DNA of 62,478 nt, counting the filler. It is 11 parts of 11 records of this genome, joined end to end, with 100 filler letters (N's around TTAATTAATTAA, not from the genome) between each part and the next. Parts side by side here need not be neighbours in the genome. Positions count along the whole stretch, not along the records: positions 10,986 to 15,448 come from SRR15195285_1897; positions 15,549 to 19,776 come from SRR15195285_1898; positions 19,877 to 26,820 come from SRR15195285_1903; 8 more parts are not named here. One strand, 5' to 3'. The position numbers and the translations under genes were made by a program. Of the stretch, positions 11,225 through 22,800 are shown piece by piece. The notes below the pieces were generated by a model that was not told the origin of the DNA, made no database searches, and saw only the letters and a list, made by a program, of their open reading frames with translations. Positions within the stretch are counted from its first letter, which is position 1. Every line of letters starts with the position of its first letter.

Positions 11225-12430
11225 ATGGTCCACGAGCGGCTTGGACCTGCAGCGGGAACTGCAGTCACATCTTCCGCCGCAGCTGCGCAGCAGGCCAGCA
11301 GCGGGCCTCAGCTACGACAGCCAACTGGGCGCGTGGCCCTGTGGCAGCGCATCGAATGCTCACCGGGCCTGCTGGTCAGGATCGCATGCCATCTCGACGC
11401 AAAAGATCTAATGGCAGCAAGCCAGGTCAACTGCGGCTGGCACGCGGCTACCAACTGCGATGAGACCTGGAGCTTCGTCTGTGCGCGAAAAGGCGCCGAC
11501 TGGCCGCTGCTTCAGCTGCTCAAGAATCGCCCCGGGTGTACTCTGACATGGCGTCAGTTGTATATCCAGAAGCACGTCAGTCTGCGGCGGAAGCCTGGTC
11601 CTGGTACCATGCCGATGATTGGCCCGGACCGTTCCCGCTATCTCGTCGGCGTGGAGCTGACAGTGCAACTTAGCGAAGGAGGGGAGCGGGCTGTGCTATA
11701 TTCGTCGCTGAACGACATGTGTGTAGGTAGCACGAACAAGGTCGAGTGCCTGGCTGAGGTTGAAGAAGAATCCTTACTCGCGAAGAGTCCGGTGTTGAGT
11801 TGGAGACAAGTATGTGGGTGGAACACGGACTTTGAAGGCTTCTCGTTTGATGCAAATCTTGGACAATGGGTGAAATGTGAGGGTGATGGGGCTGCTGCCC
11901 CAGAGGTTGCAGTCACGCTCATTCGCAAGGAGGATGGCAAGATGACGTCGCTCGGAGATTTTGTTTTCCAAGAATACTGCTCGAGAGTCGAATACGCCGG
12001 AAACGACGAGTTGATGTTCGACACGATGTTCAGCACACTAACATCGGATGGCCTTGATTTGCCTGTGCTTGGCGATCACGCGCCACCGTTAAAAGCAGTG
12101 GTCTATGTGGATGCATCGTTCGTCCCAGTTAGGTGTCACATCTGTGAAACAACTCCTGTTAGCTTGATGAAAGAAGACTCGTATGATCCATTCTTACAAA
12201 CCGCTCCGCAAGGTTGGAATCGGTGGCTCGACCAAACGAATTTGCCGTTGCGCTGTTGTGGATGCAAGCAACTAGTGGTGGCTGCTAAGCAAGAAATCCG
12301 TCTGCGCTACCTCGGGATCTTTGTAGATGAGCAGGAAGATCAAGAATATGAAGATGAGCACGTTGTCCGGTCCGTCGATGGTCTACTACAGGCGCTCGAG
12401 ACGCCACCTTGCGCCAAGCTGTGGGTGTGA
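11225..12430 (+). CDS. F-box domain protein
   Basis: SPGLLVRIACHLDAKDLMAASQVNCGWHAATNCDETW...TWRQLY matches the F-box pattern. Intronless 401-aa ORF. Confidence 0.7.
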   Translation: MVHERLGPAAGTAVTSSAAAAQQASSGPQLRQPTGRVALWQRIECSPGLLVRIACHLDAKDLMAASQVNCGWHAATNCDETWSFVCARKGADWPLLQLLKNRPGCTLTWRQLYIQKHVSLRRKPGPGTMPMIGPDRSRYLVGVELTVQLSEGGERAVLYSSLNDMCVGSTNKVECLAEVEEESLLAKSPVLSWRQVCGWNTDFEGFSFDANLGQWVKCEGDGAAAPEVAVTLIRKEDGKMTSLGDFVFQEYCSRVEYAGNDELMFDTMFSTLTSDGLDLPVLGDHAPPLKAVVYVDASFVPVRCHICETTPVSLMKEDSYDPFLQTAPQGWNRWLDQTNLPLRCCGCKQLVVAAKQEIRLRYLGIFVDEQEDQEYEDEHVVRSVDGLLQALETPPCAKLWV

Positions 12431-12748
12431 CGGTCCGATGCTTGGATAGTACCTTGGGTCCAACGTGGCGAGAATTTGAGGGTGGTTAGAAGTTACAATC
12501 AGTTTTTTTAAAAGGCAGTGCTCGAAACAAGTTGTTCGCGCGCAGGGCTTCAGTCATTGCTGACACCCACTGCAGGTATTTCCCTGTCGCAAGCTCGCAA
12601 CCGTCTCTACCTGAGGATATATTGTGATGACGAGCAGAATGGCGAGCAAAATGACGTGAGGTTGCTAGCAATCCGAATGGAGTCCTTTTGAACTTCGCTG
12701 CACTCTCTTACACCGTAAGCCCCATCGAGCTCCGAAAAGCCTCCCTGC

Positions 12749-13654
12749 TCATCTATCGCCGCTCCCACTCATGAATCGATCGTCCTCTCTCAGTGCTCCG
12801 AACATGTCATCCAGTGACACATCGTCGGGAAACAGTACGTCTTCTTCTCCGATCGCAGCCGCCTCTAACTTCGCAGCTGTTTGCTCCCGACACTCGTGAG
12901 GTAACCTTAGACCTATTCTCCTCACCGCCCGCAACTGATTCGCGGTCAGATTGTACCGCTTGCAGTTCTGTGCTTCCTGTGGGTCGTCCAGAGCGAGCTT
13001 TTGCCTCTCTAGGTTCTCGTGCCGTTTCCGTCGCATCCTCTCCACCATGAGCTGCTGGCGCCTCAACATCCGCGGATCATTCGTGGAACTCGGGGGAGCG
13101 TTCTGAAACGGCTGATCGGCCTCGGCGGCTCCAGTCAGCGGCCTTCCACGCCCCGCGGCGGCGTCCTCTGCCTCGATCTCCTTCAGTGCTATCTGCAGCG
13201 CTGTCGTCACTTCCTTCGGAAGTGCCTGGCCTGGAATGATGGTGCGAGTCGCCATTTGTTTGAACGCTAGTGCCCTGTTCCGCTCGTCAAAGTTCGTATA
13301 AGTCCTAGACTGCAGCATCTCCTCGGCCGCGTGCAGCTCCTCCTGCTGCTTGGCCTGGTGCAGGGACGCGTTCTCTGCCATCGCTGCTGCCAAGAGCGCT
13401 TCATCATCGTCGTCGTCAGGCGCAGATTGCTTCGGCTTCCGCTTCTTCTTCCGCTTTTGCTTCTGCTTCTTCTTTGACTTCGATTCCGGCTTCGGCTTGA
13501 CGGCGTGTTCAGGTTCCGGCTCTGGCTCTGGTGCATCCACCAGCGTGCCACCCTGAGCCCGCACCTTTGAGTTTTCGAGCGCGACTATTTCCGGCCTTTC
13601 ATCTAGTTGCCTGAGGTCATCCCGCACGGGTTCTGGCTTCGGTGGTTCCGCCAT
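12749..13654 (-). CDS. Hypothetical protein (EPEPE, Lys-rich and acidic tracts)
   Basis: 301-aa ATG-started ORF with protein-like composition, downstream of a CG-rich promoter. Confidence 0.65.
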   Translation of the reverse strand: MAEPPKPEPVRDDLRQLDERPEIVALENSKVRAQGGTLVDAPEPEPEPEHAVKPKPESKSKKKQKQKRKKKRKPKQSAPDDDDDEALLAAAMAENASLHQAKQQEELHAAEEMLQSRTYTNFDERNRALAFKQMATRTIIPGQALPKEVTTALQIALKEIEAEDAAAGRGRPLTGAAEADQPFQNAPPSSTNDPRMLRRQQLMVERMRRKRHENLERQKLALDDPQEAQNCKRYNLTANQLRAVRRIGLRLPHECREQTAAKLEAAAIGEEDVLFPDDVSLDDMFGALREDDRFMSGSGDR

Positions 13655-14122
13655 CCACAGCGTGCGCCGGGCTCTGTCGATTGTGCTGTCGGTCGATCGG
13701 CGGCGGGCGGCGCGCGAGCTAAGGGGCTACTGCCGGCGGCTTGCGTGAAGGCTGTCGTCTGTCGGACTGTCGGTGCGTGTGCGTCGCGCGCGGTCCATAT
13801 ACATATATGCAGTCGCGCGTCGCGGCAGGCACCCCGCGCGCGAGCGCCGGCGGCGCGGCGCGCGGCGCGGTGTCGGTGAGACTGCACCAGTGCCCAGGTT
13901 GAGTGGGAGTTGCAGAGAGTACGCGAGAGGTACTGAACTGTCGCATCACACTTCGGCGCCCAGTATCATGCGCCTACCCAGAGCTGAGTCGGCGCACCAT
14001 GTCCACGCAATGTGGAAATCAAGCTGGTGCGCAGGATACGCAAAATAGCAATGCTCGGAAAGAACAACCACGCTCGCATTTTAAATACAGGTAAGCACGC
14101 AAGTCACGTTGTCTGCTTCGTG

Positions 14123-15448
14123 TCACCGTGCAGTGGCGCCGCGTAAGTTTTGTATGGAAGCTTCGATGCCTGCCACCGCCACCTCCACGCGTTCAACAGC
14201 ACTAGTCGCAGCTAACATTGCAGGCCGAATCTCCCAGGCCACTCCGAGGCCAGGAAGTGGGTTGATCAATGCAGCAACCCAGACCGCCCGAGTCCCTGGT
14301 GAGGAGGCTGGGGGCATTTGACCGAGGTCGGAGAGGATAGCATCCAGCTGGCCGTCTTGCTTCTCATGGGCACCAGATCGAACCAGATCGCACCACTCGT
14401 CAACCAAGAGTGCGAGTGCTCCGCTATCAATCGCAAGGGCTAGCTGTTCTGCCTCCAATTCATCAAGCTCATCTTGGGCAATGTCGGCGCCGTCATACTG
14501 GCTGCCTCCATCTGGGCTTACTGCCTTTGCTGTGGTGTCGGCTATGAACCCCCTTCGTTCGTCATCCCCATCACTCTCTTCTTCCTCCTCTTCGTCCCCA
14601 ATAACAACAAGATCATCATCGTCTGCTTCCACTTGAGCGTCTGCAGCTAAAGAGCCGTTGCCGTTGCTGCTAGCTGCAATCCGAGCACTGTCACTATCAA
14701 GCTCAAAATCTATCCATCTGACTCGAGCCACCGTGAAGCCTCCATCCTCCTGTCGATCCGTTTCTCGCCATGGTTTGCCCTCCACACGAAACGCCCGGTA
14801 ACCTTGCACCCGAATATGAATAGGCGCAGATGCCGTACCTGCTGCATGCATGTCGGCCACCGAGTTGGCCGAGCACTCTGTGATGCGCACTTCGGTGCCA
14901 TACATCAATGGCGCTCGTGTCCTTTGGTCTATTCCAACCATCCCAAAACCGTGGCTCTCAAAGCCAATCTCGAGACATTTTGCAACCATAGCACGGTGTG
15001 GCGCGTCGGCAATCTGCAGCCGCATCGTCTGACCTGGTAAGATCGCGTCGAGCATCACGATCGGTCGCGTGTCGAGCATTGCCACTTCTAGCAGCTGGTC
15101 CATCAGTAGATCATCGTCGGTGCCCGTGCCCTCGTTATTCTTGTCCTCCTCGATCAATCCGAGCTGCTCCACAAATTCCACGTAGTGTGCCGCCACTGTA
15201 GGGTCGAACAAGCGGCTGCGCGGTTTGTCCAGCTGGTTCTTCTGGCCGTCCTCTCCATTATCCATCGCACGGACCTGGGGGAAGTCCTGCGAGCGCAAAC
15301 GCAGGCCTGGCTCCCCCGGCGGCAGCAGACCAAAGTGACGGATCACCTGTGCGTTCTTTCGGACGGAGACATCGATGAAGATGTTGATAGCGCGCCCTCT
15401 GTAGCGCGCGTAGGCCTCAGTCATCGCGGCGATCGTCGCTTCATGGCT
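14123..15448 (-). CDS. Lon protease N-terminal (substrate-binding) domain protein with N-terminal thioredoxin/PDI-b'-like domain (5' truncated)
   Basis: PIVMLDAILPGQTMRLQI, FGMVG, GTEVRI, GYRAFRV and WVAALINPLPGLGVAWEIRPAML. The frame is open to the contig edge. Confidence 0.7.
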   Translation of the reverse strand, partial: SHEATIAAMTEAYARYRGRAINIFIDVSVRKNAQVIRHFGLLPPGEPGLRLRSQDFPQVRAMDNGEDGQKNQLDKPRSRLFDPTVAAHYVEFVEQLGLIEEDKNNEGTGTDDDLLMDQLLEVAMLDTRPIVMLDAILPGQTMRLQIADAPHRAMVAKCLEIGFESHGFGMVGIDQRTRAPLMYGTEVRITECSANSVADMHAAGTASAPIHIRVQGYRAFRVEGKPWRETDRQEDGGFTVARVRWIDFELDSDSARIAASSNGNGSLAADAQVEADDDDLVVIGDEEEEEESDGDDERRGFIADTTAKAVSPDGGSQYDGADIAQDELDELEAEQLALAIDSGALALLVDEWCDLVRSGAHEKQDGQLDAILSDLGQMPPASSPGTRAVWVAALINPLPGLGVAWEIRPAMLAATSAVERVEVAVAGIEASIQNLRGATAR

Positions 15449-15548
15449 NNNNNNNNNNNNNNNNNNNNNNNNNNNNNNNNNNNNNNNNNNNNTTAATTAA
15501 TTAANNNNNNNNNNNNNNNNNNNNNNNNNNNNNNNNNNNNNNNNNNNN
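15449..15548. other. Artificial contig linker
   Basis: N44-TTAATTAATTAA-N44. Confidence 0.98.
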
Positions 15549-15802
15549 AATCTGGGCACTCCGGCACCGGGACATGTTCGATGTTGACGGTGACGCGACA
15601 TTCAGTCATTCACATTGCCGAGGCGGCCGCCGCCGCGCGCCGGCCGCCGGCGTAGGGATCGACGAACCGGATCGACAGATCACTCGCACGACGCACCCAC
15701 GCACCGCGTATCTCTGCAGCCCGCCCCCAGCGTACACAGCTCCGCGGTATCTTTGCGTCGGTGAAGGAAGAAAGCAAGGACGGACGGCGCCTGGGACTGG
15801 CC

Positions 15803-18553
15803 ATGGCGAACGCGGCCGCCGCCGCCTCGCTCGGACAGCGCGAGGCGATCCCCGTGGAGATGCTCACCACAATCTGCGCCGCGGCGCGTGTGAGCGAGGC
15901 GGCGCAGCGGCGGCTGCTGCGACTTTTTCGCCGCAACGCCTTGCGCAACAGCGACGCAGGTGCCAAGCTCGGTCTGCGCACGGTACGCCATGCTGAAAAT
16001 TGTACGCTGACAAGTGTGTGCCGCTGAATTTCATGAGTGGCGATCTGAATGGTGTGTAAATAGGTCACGGCAGACCAGAGCGAGAGTGGTGAGCTGCAGC
16101 GCGTACAGTCTCAGGCCTGGAACGATGGGCTGCAGTTCTGCGAGGAAGGGCGCGCGCCGAAGATCTGGGACGTGGAGCCGTCGCTGGTGGCAGCCACGAT
16201 GTCCTTGCCGGAGTTCGTAGCCACACTCGCAGCATTCGGCGTCGCGGAGTCTGATGCAAAGCGGTACTTTCGTGTATTCGACCAGCAGCGCACCGGTAGT
16301 TTGGACTATCGCGAGTTTGTCGTCGGACTTGTGCTGATGGACAAGAACACCCACCATGGTGGGTTGCTTGCAGAGCAGCGGAGCCTCAGGATCTTCCGGC
16401 TGTATGACGAGGACGAGGACGGCTATCTTAGCCGGTCGGAGCTGGAGAATCTGGTGGCGCAGCTCAGGTCCCGGCGCAGAGAATCGGTCTCACGTGCCGA
16501 CGTGGTCTCCAACGCGGAGGAAATTCTGAGGCTGGCAAACCCGGTATACGCGCAGCTAAGGGCAGTATCTAGCCGAGCGGTATCACAAGAGGAAGGCCGC
16601 GAGGCTGCTAGCAACGGTTCTCCAGTGGTGAATCTGAGCGCAAACTTGGAAGGCGGGGCACCACTCGGCTCACAGGCCCATACAGAACAGAATGAGGCGT
16701 CACAAATGTCCGGCGTGGATACGCGAATCCCTGCTGGCGCCGTTGAAGCAAGTGCTTACGAGCAAGTGTCGCAGAAGCAATTTCTGCAGGCAGTTGGTGA
16801 TCTGAAAGTCCGAGGGACATCGCAGCTATTCCGGTTGAGCTGTCCGATCCTCAGCGCTAGGTGGAACGCAGCCGGAGGCAATAGGCAGCTAGAAGTGCAG
16901 TCTGACACAGTTGCGCGCTCACGATCTTTGGCGGCTGCGGTTCCAGTAGACTGGGCGAGGAGTAGGGCCGGAGCCACGTTCAGCAGTAGCGCTGCGTTGC
17001 TGTCACGTGTGTCGTCAGACTCACAGTCAAGCGAGGAGCTCGTAATCAGTGGCCTCGAGATTGCCCATAAGGTGATCGGGCACCTCTTGTTGGACGACGG
17101 CTACAAGCCACCTCCGCCCCGGACCGCATTCACGCTTCTTGATGGACCAGATTGGCTCGCCCTGATCAACTGTGTGCAAAACCTCGTGCAAAAGGAGACG
17201 TGTTGCGTTGAAGTCCCAGTCCCGGCGAAGGTTTTCGGAGACATTCATGGGCAGATCACTGAGCTGCGTGCACTTTTCAGTGCCTATGGCTCACCAAACC
17301 ACAGGACTGGCGATATCAACGGGTTCCAGTACGTGTTCACTGGTGATTTTGTTGACCGAGGTCCACATTCTCTGGAGGTCTTGGCTCTACTACTCAGTCT
17401 CAAGGTAGCATATCCAACATCTGTCTTTCTGATTCGAGGAAATCACGAAGATCGGGCGCTCAACGAATTCTATGGATTCTGCGACGAGTGTACAACACGG
17501 CTACGCGCTCCACCGAGCCCCCGTCGTGATCGCCGTTCACGGGATGGCAATGACGACGAGCAGCAGCACGAAAACCTCGACAACATTGCGACTCAGCCAG
17601 GCAGAGTTGTCTGGCAAGCATCGAACGAAATGTTCGAGTATCTTCCGCTGGCAGCACGGATTGGTGAGCGCATACTGGCGCTGCACGGAGGGGTTGGCAG
17701 AACTCTCAATTCGATCGACCAAATCAACGCCTTACAACGACCTCTATGTATCGATCATGGCATCAATGATGAGGAAGAGGTGTCGCAGCGTTCGCAAGAT
17801 CCACCAGATGGAACTGTGTCACCAGTGCTCGGCAGCGGAGCACTTAATAGAGCACAGGCCGACCCGCTGCAGCATCTACTAATGGATATCCTATGGTCTG
17901 ATCCGTCAGCAAATGATACAGTGCTGGGTGTTGCACCAAATCTAGTGCGCGGTGGGGCGACGCTTACGTATGGGCCAGATCGTGTTCGTCGTTTCTGCAA
18001 TCAGAATCAGATAGACTTGTTGATCCGTGCACATGAGTGCGTCGGTGACGGCTACCAATGGTTTGCGGGCGGACGCTGCGTTACAGTCTTCTCTGCAGCA
18101 AACTACTGTGGTGTGTATGAAAACGACGGGGCACTCCTCGAGATTGACCGGCACCTGACTGTTCTGCCGAAAGTTCTCAAGGCTCGTCCACTGCAGGTGC
18201 AGCCACCAAACACAGAACTGCCCGACTCAGAATCATCTGAAAACGACGAGGCTGGAGAGGACGACTGGCATGATCTCGAGCATGTAGGCTCGGGATCGCT
18301 ACCGGCAACTGAACAAGATCCACAAAGTACGGATGCACGTAGTGGGAGAGGCAGAAAGCGTGAGCGTCCTCGCGGAATAGCAGGTCCACGTGGTGCAGAG
18401 CCGGCGAGCGCAGCAACCAAAGCTGCTGCCACAAATCCGGACACGCGCGGGAGGGAGCCCAGGGAGAGCAAACGAAGGAGGCATGGGCCCGGTGATGCCT
18501 CAGTCGTTGACAGGACAGCAGTAACTAAGAGCGGGTTTAGGCCGAAAAGGTGA
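15803..18553 (+). CDS. PPP-family Ser/Thr phosphatase with N-terminal EF-hand pair (BSU1/PPKL-like catalytic domain)
   Basis: GDIHG, GDFVDRG, RGNHE, HGG, DILWSDP, RAHE and FSAANY. EF loops DQQRTGSLDYREF and DEDEDGYLSRSEL. Intron 15983-16063. Confidence 0.88.
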
Positions 18554-18932
18554 AGATAGTAGTGGAGTGTGGGAACCGAGGAGAGTCTGGGTCCCAATTG
18601 TTTTATGATTCCATCGTTTCGCCAATTCTCAAAATATCAGCCAAAGGCCGCGTGGCACGGTCGGGATGCAGAGGGCGCTGAGGTGGACACTTCTTTTACA
18701 GCGCATGCCGATACTAGCTGGAACGGCCCAACGAACCGCTGCGAAGACACTGCTGGCAGTGCATCTAGTCACTGCGAAGAGCTGCCGTGAAGCGTTCGTC
18801 TGAGTCTTTGTCAGCAAGGCGAAGATGGCCTCCACAAACAGTACTAGTAACGGGCAGTGGCCAGACTTCGCCATGACTCCTAAAGCTCTAGTAATGCTGG
18901 ACTGGTCAGAGCCCCATCGTCCACGTTCGGGA

Positions 18933-19700
18933 CTACATCCCGGGAGGAGCGTGCGGATTGAGCTTTCCAGTTTTGGGCAAGTACTTTGCCGCGATTTTCG
19001 TTGTCTCACTATTTGTACGTGCAACGCTCACACGGACGTCTGCCACGATGCCCTCGGCTTCTGCAGCCACCATATCGGAGGCACTCGTGCGTCGGCCGCG
19101 TCGCACACGACTATCGTCACCTCCCTCAGTAGACTTGCGCCGCATGACTTGCTGAAGCACATCTGAATTGGTCGATTCTCCCCTGACCGAGCTGCGCCGA
19201 CGCCGTGGCTCTTCAAGGCTCTTCCGGCGACTCCTGGCGTCTGATTTGTTCCCGCCACCTGCTTTTTTTTCGGCTACGCGCTGCCGTAGCTTCTCGCGAT
19301 CTAGCTTTCCTGATGGCGTTGTGAGACTGAACTTGCTTTCAGCGGACTTGCGCCGTCGCCGTGGCTTGTCTTCAGGGTCTTCAGGGTCATCGCGCTGCCT
19401 GAAGCTCGCGACGGTTGGCGCGGAGGTGCGCCGGGTTTGTCTTCTAGCACCATTCACCCGATGAGTTGCTGGAAGTGGCTGGTAGTCGTCCACACTCTCC
19501 AGACGCGACAACAAGTTTTTCGGCTGCGGCGGCTGTCGCCGCTTCTGCTCGATCTCTTCGTCCCTCTCCGCGGGCATCCCGACGAAATTCGACGCAGTCC
19601 CCAAGTCGAGGTCTCGCTCCTCCACCTGGCGCTGTACACGCTGCAGCTTCTCCTCGAACGTCTCGGTCTTCGTTGAGTTTTTGCTGGCGCCACAGCCCAT
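18933..19700 (-). CDS. Basic hypothetical protein with N-terminal MGCGAS myristoylation/palmitoylation signal
   Basis: Starts MGCGASK, 255 aa, multiple RRxS PKA-type sites. Confidence 0.7.
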   Translation of the reverse strand: MGCGASKNSTKTETFEEKLQRVQRQVEERDLDLGTASNFVGMPAERDEEIEQKRRQPPQPKNLLSRLESVDDYQPLPATHRVNGARRQTRRTSAPTVASFRQRDDPEDPEDKPRRRRKSAESKFSLTTPSGKLDREKLRQRVAEKKAGGGNKSDARSRRKSLEEPRRRRSSVRGESTNSDVLQQVMRRKSTEGGDDSRVRRGRRTSASDMVAAEAEGIVADVRVSVARTNSETTKIAAKYLPKTGKLNPHAPPGM

Positions 19701-19776
19701 CACTTGTCAGCTCTCCGTGGAGTCTAATCGCTTCAGTCAATCCCCTCTGGTGGCTAATTCGATCGATGAGCCGGAC

Positions 19777-19876
19777 NNNNNNNNNNNNNNNNNNNNNNNN
19801 NNNNNNNNNNNNNNNNNNNNTTAATTAATTAANNNNNNNNNNNNNNNNNNNNNNNNNNNNNNNNNNNNNNNNNNNN
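19777..19876. other. Artificial contig linker
   Basis: N44-TTAATTAATTAA-N44. Confidence 0.98.
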
Positions 19877-19882
19877 TCCGCT

Positions 19883-22800
19883 TTGCGTTGTGCTTCTCTT
19901 TCTCGCCCCACCCCGGTTGTTCCGGATACTCTTCGAGCGGAACCTTGGGATGCGATTGGTGGTGGGATGGAGGACCGACCTAGGCGTCCACCTGTAGGCG
20001 TTTCGGCGCTACAGGCTCTCGGCGAAGTGTTCTCGGATGTGGACTTCTCTCCTGAGAGTGGTTGCCTGTGCCACGACGTCGCACTCCTGCGAGAAACAGT
20101 TCGCGGAGATGTGGCGGATCAATGGACGCGAGTTGCATGGTCCGAGCTGCAGGTAGTGCCAGGGAGCACGGTGTCCGGCGTGTCAGGACTGGGGATATCA
20201 TATGCTATCGGAGCCAGGGACCCGGAGCCCTTGTTTGTGACAGACACTGAAAATGCGTGGCGCAATATTATCGGAGGCTTTTTGGGTGACTGTGCGTTCC
20301 TGAGCTGTTTGACAGCGCTCTCAGAGGACATGCGTTACATTCGTCGTATTTTTGTCAACACGGATGGGTTTGCACCTACACATGCTTTCGTGACGCGGTT
20401 CAGTAGGCGCGGTGAGGCGGTAGAGATCCTCGTAGATGGTGCGATGCCTGTGCTTCGGTATGCCGAGACAAACGAATCTCTTCCAGCGTTTTGTCACGCT
20501 AGTGACTGCTTGTGGCCTGCGCTCCTGCAAAAGGCCTACGCGAAACTGCGTGGGTCCTATCAGCAGACACTCGGGGATTCTCCGAGCTTCATTTTGCAGG
20601 CATTAACAGGAGCACCGTCCATAGCGTATCCACTGACAGACGACGATGATGCACTTGAAGTAGTGTGGGAGGAGCTGTTGCATGCGATGGAAAAAAGTTA
20701 CATTGTGTGTGCATGTGCCGCTGAGCAGGCAGGGGTGAACCTGGGTCCGAAACAGGAATCACACGCGTACGCTGTACTTCAAGTGCGTGACATCCCGGAG
20801 TTGGATCAGCAGCTCGTGATGCTACGGAATCCGTTGGGGCATGCATGGAACCAGATGGGTGCAGAGATAGCTTCTACAATGCTGCAGGACAATCCACACA
20901 AGCGAAAAGACGAAGCCGAGCGCTGGCCACCAGAGCTGTGCCAAATTCTCGGGATAGACAGCAATTTGCAGTCAGCTCGAAACGGCGTTTTCTGGGTCAA
21001 CTTGAAAGACATGCACAGTTTCTTTGAGTCCATCGTTGTCAACAAATCATCGGGTGGACAGAATTATCATTCGGCCACATCCCGAGTGGATTGCCACACA
21101 ACGATCGGAGGCGGAACATCGTTCTATTTATTGCAACTTGACGAGCACTCAATCGGCGATGCTGTCGTCACAGTTGCACAGCACGGCTCGTCAGTGGACA
21201 CACCCGATTGCCCAGCCCTCAGTTTTGCGGTGTGGTGCGTATCAAGTGGTAAGGAAGTAGGATCAGTAGGGCCAACTGTTGCAGAAGTAGTGGACCTAGA
21301 ATGTTCATTCGACAAAACCGGCGCCTATTACGTAATTGTCGACATGGTGTCCAACCGCGATGTGTCAGAGCAGATTGTTCTTGGCGTGACAGCTGCAGGA
21401 AATCCTCGCCTGTCTGCGGTGCCCGAGAGCGCTGCACTGGGTGAAGGCATGCACAAGATAGTAGCTAGGAACGGGCAGAAAGGTGCCGAGGGGTTCTATG
21501 TTCAAGATTCTTACTTCAAGCACGGCCTTGGCGGCGTCAGCATGACCTCGTGGGGGATGTGGTCGCCGGCCTATCTGAGGTATTGGCGCTTTATACTGCA
21601 TGAGAATGCTGAGCACGCGCAGATGTCTGAGGCTTTGCAATTTGATCTAGAAAACATGGAGGTTTTCCGCGAAGCACAACCATGGGTGGTAGTTGCACTG
21701 GAACCAAAACAGCGCAACATGACTGTCCTTCGGTCAGTAGGTCCAGCGTCGCTAACTCTGGGATTTCAAGTTGCAAGCAGGAAGCTGCAACTTGAAAGTC
21801 AAAGTGGTACTGCGCAGAGTGAAGTGGAAGATACGCGGACAGAAATCGAAACCCCAGTTCACAAAGCACAGAAAGATACGCGTACAGAAATTCACGCCCC
21901 GGTTCATAAAGCACAGAGTATGGAGGGGTTGGTCCAAGAGCCACTGTCAGAAGTGCAGCAAAGCGACGAAAACCGAAGACAACCAGAGATTGAGTCTGTC
22001 ACTGTAGACCAAAGCCGTCCTGGAGAACCTGCACTTGCTGACACCGAGACTGAACACGAACGGCTTCAGGCGCAGGCGGCGGCGCGTTTGGAGAAACACC
22101 AACGAGATGTGCGAGACCGCAAGGAATTGCAAAATACTCGCGCGGAAGAGCTAGGACTGAGGTTGGAGCTGGAACGACGGGACAAAGAACGTGACAAACT
22201 TAACGAGGCTGCAATGGGTTACACTTCACACCCGATGGTCATTCCATCTGTCCCCTACTCAGCACCCGGCCTCCAAACAGACCCAGGTGTCTCCGATCAC
22301 AGTGCAAACACGGCGCAGATTGGCCACGGTACACGCCCAATGGGGCGATCGAGACTTGCACCTACCGCAGGACGTGCGACGAAAGAGCTGGACGCTATCA
22401 GCCAGGCGGCCCATGCAGCCAAGCTCGAATCGCGAGCGAAAACACGAGCGCAACAAAACGAGGAGCGAGTTCAACGAAAAGTACACGAAGCGAATGTAAT
22501 GAGAGCGAAGGCGCGGACACAGCATAATTCGGCCGGGGATTCATGGGAACAGGTCGGCGATTTAGCTAAGCGCGAGGCAGAGCGTATTCTCCGACGAGAA
22601 CATCTGCGCAAAGAGAAGCAGCGCAAGGATAGGGAGAGACGCGTGGATCTACGACGACAAAAACAACTCGGCGTGCTAGAGATGAAAGCCTCTATGAACT
22701 TGAGCAACTGGGAACAAATGCACGCCAAAATGGAGGCGGACAACGCATCCCGGGCGAAAGCTGCCGCGGCACGTTACACGGCGCAGCAGCAGAAGAAACT

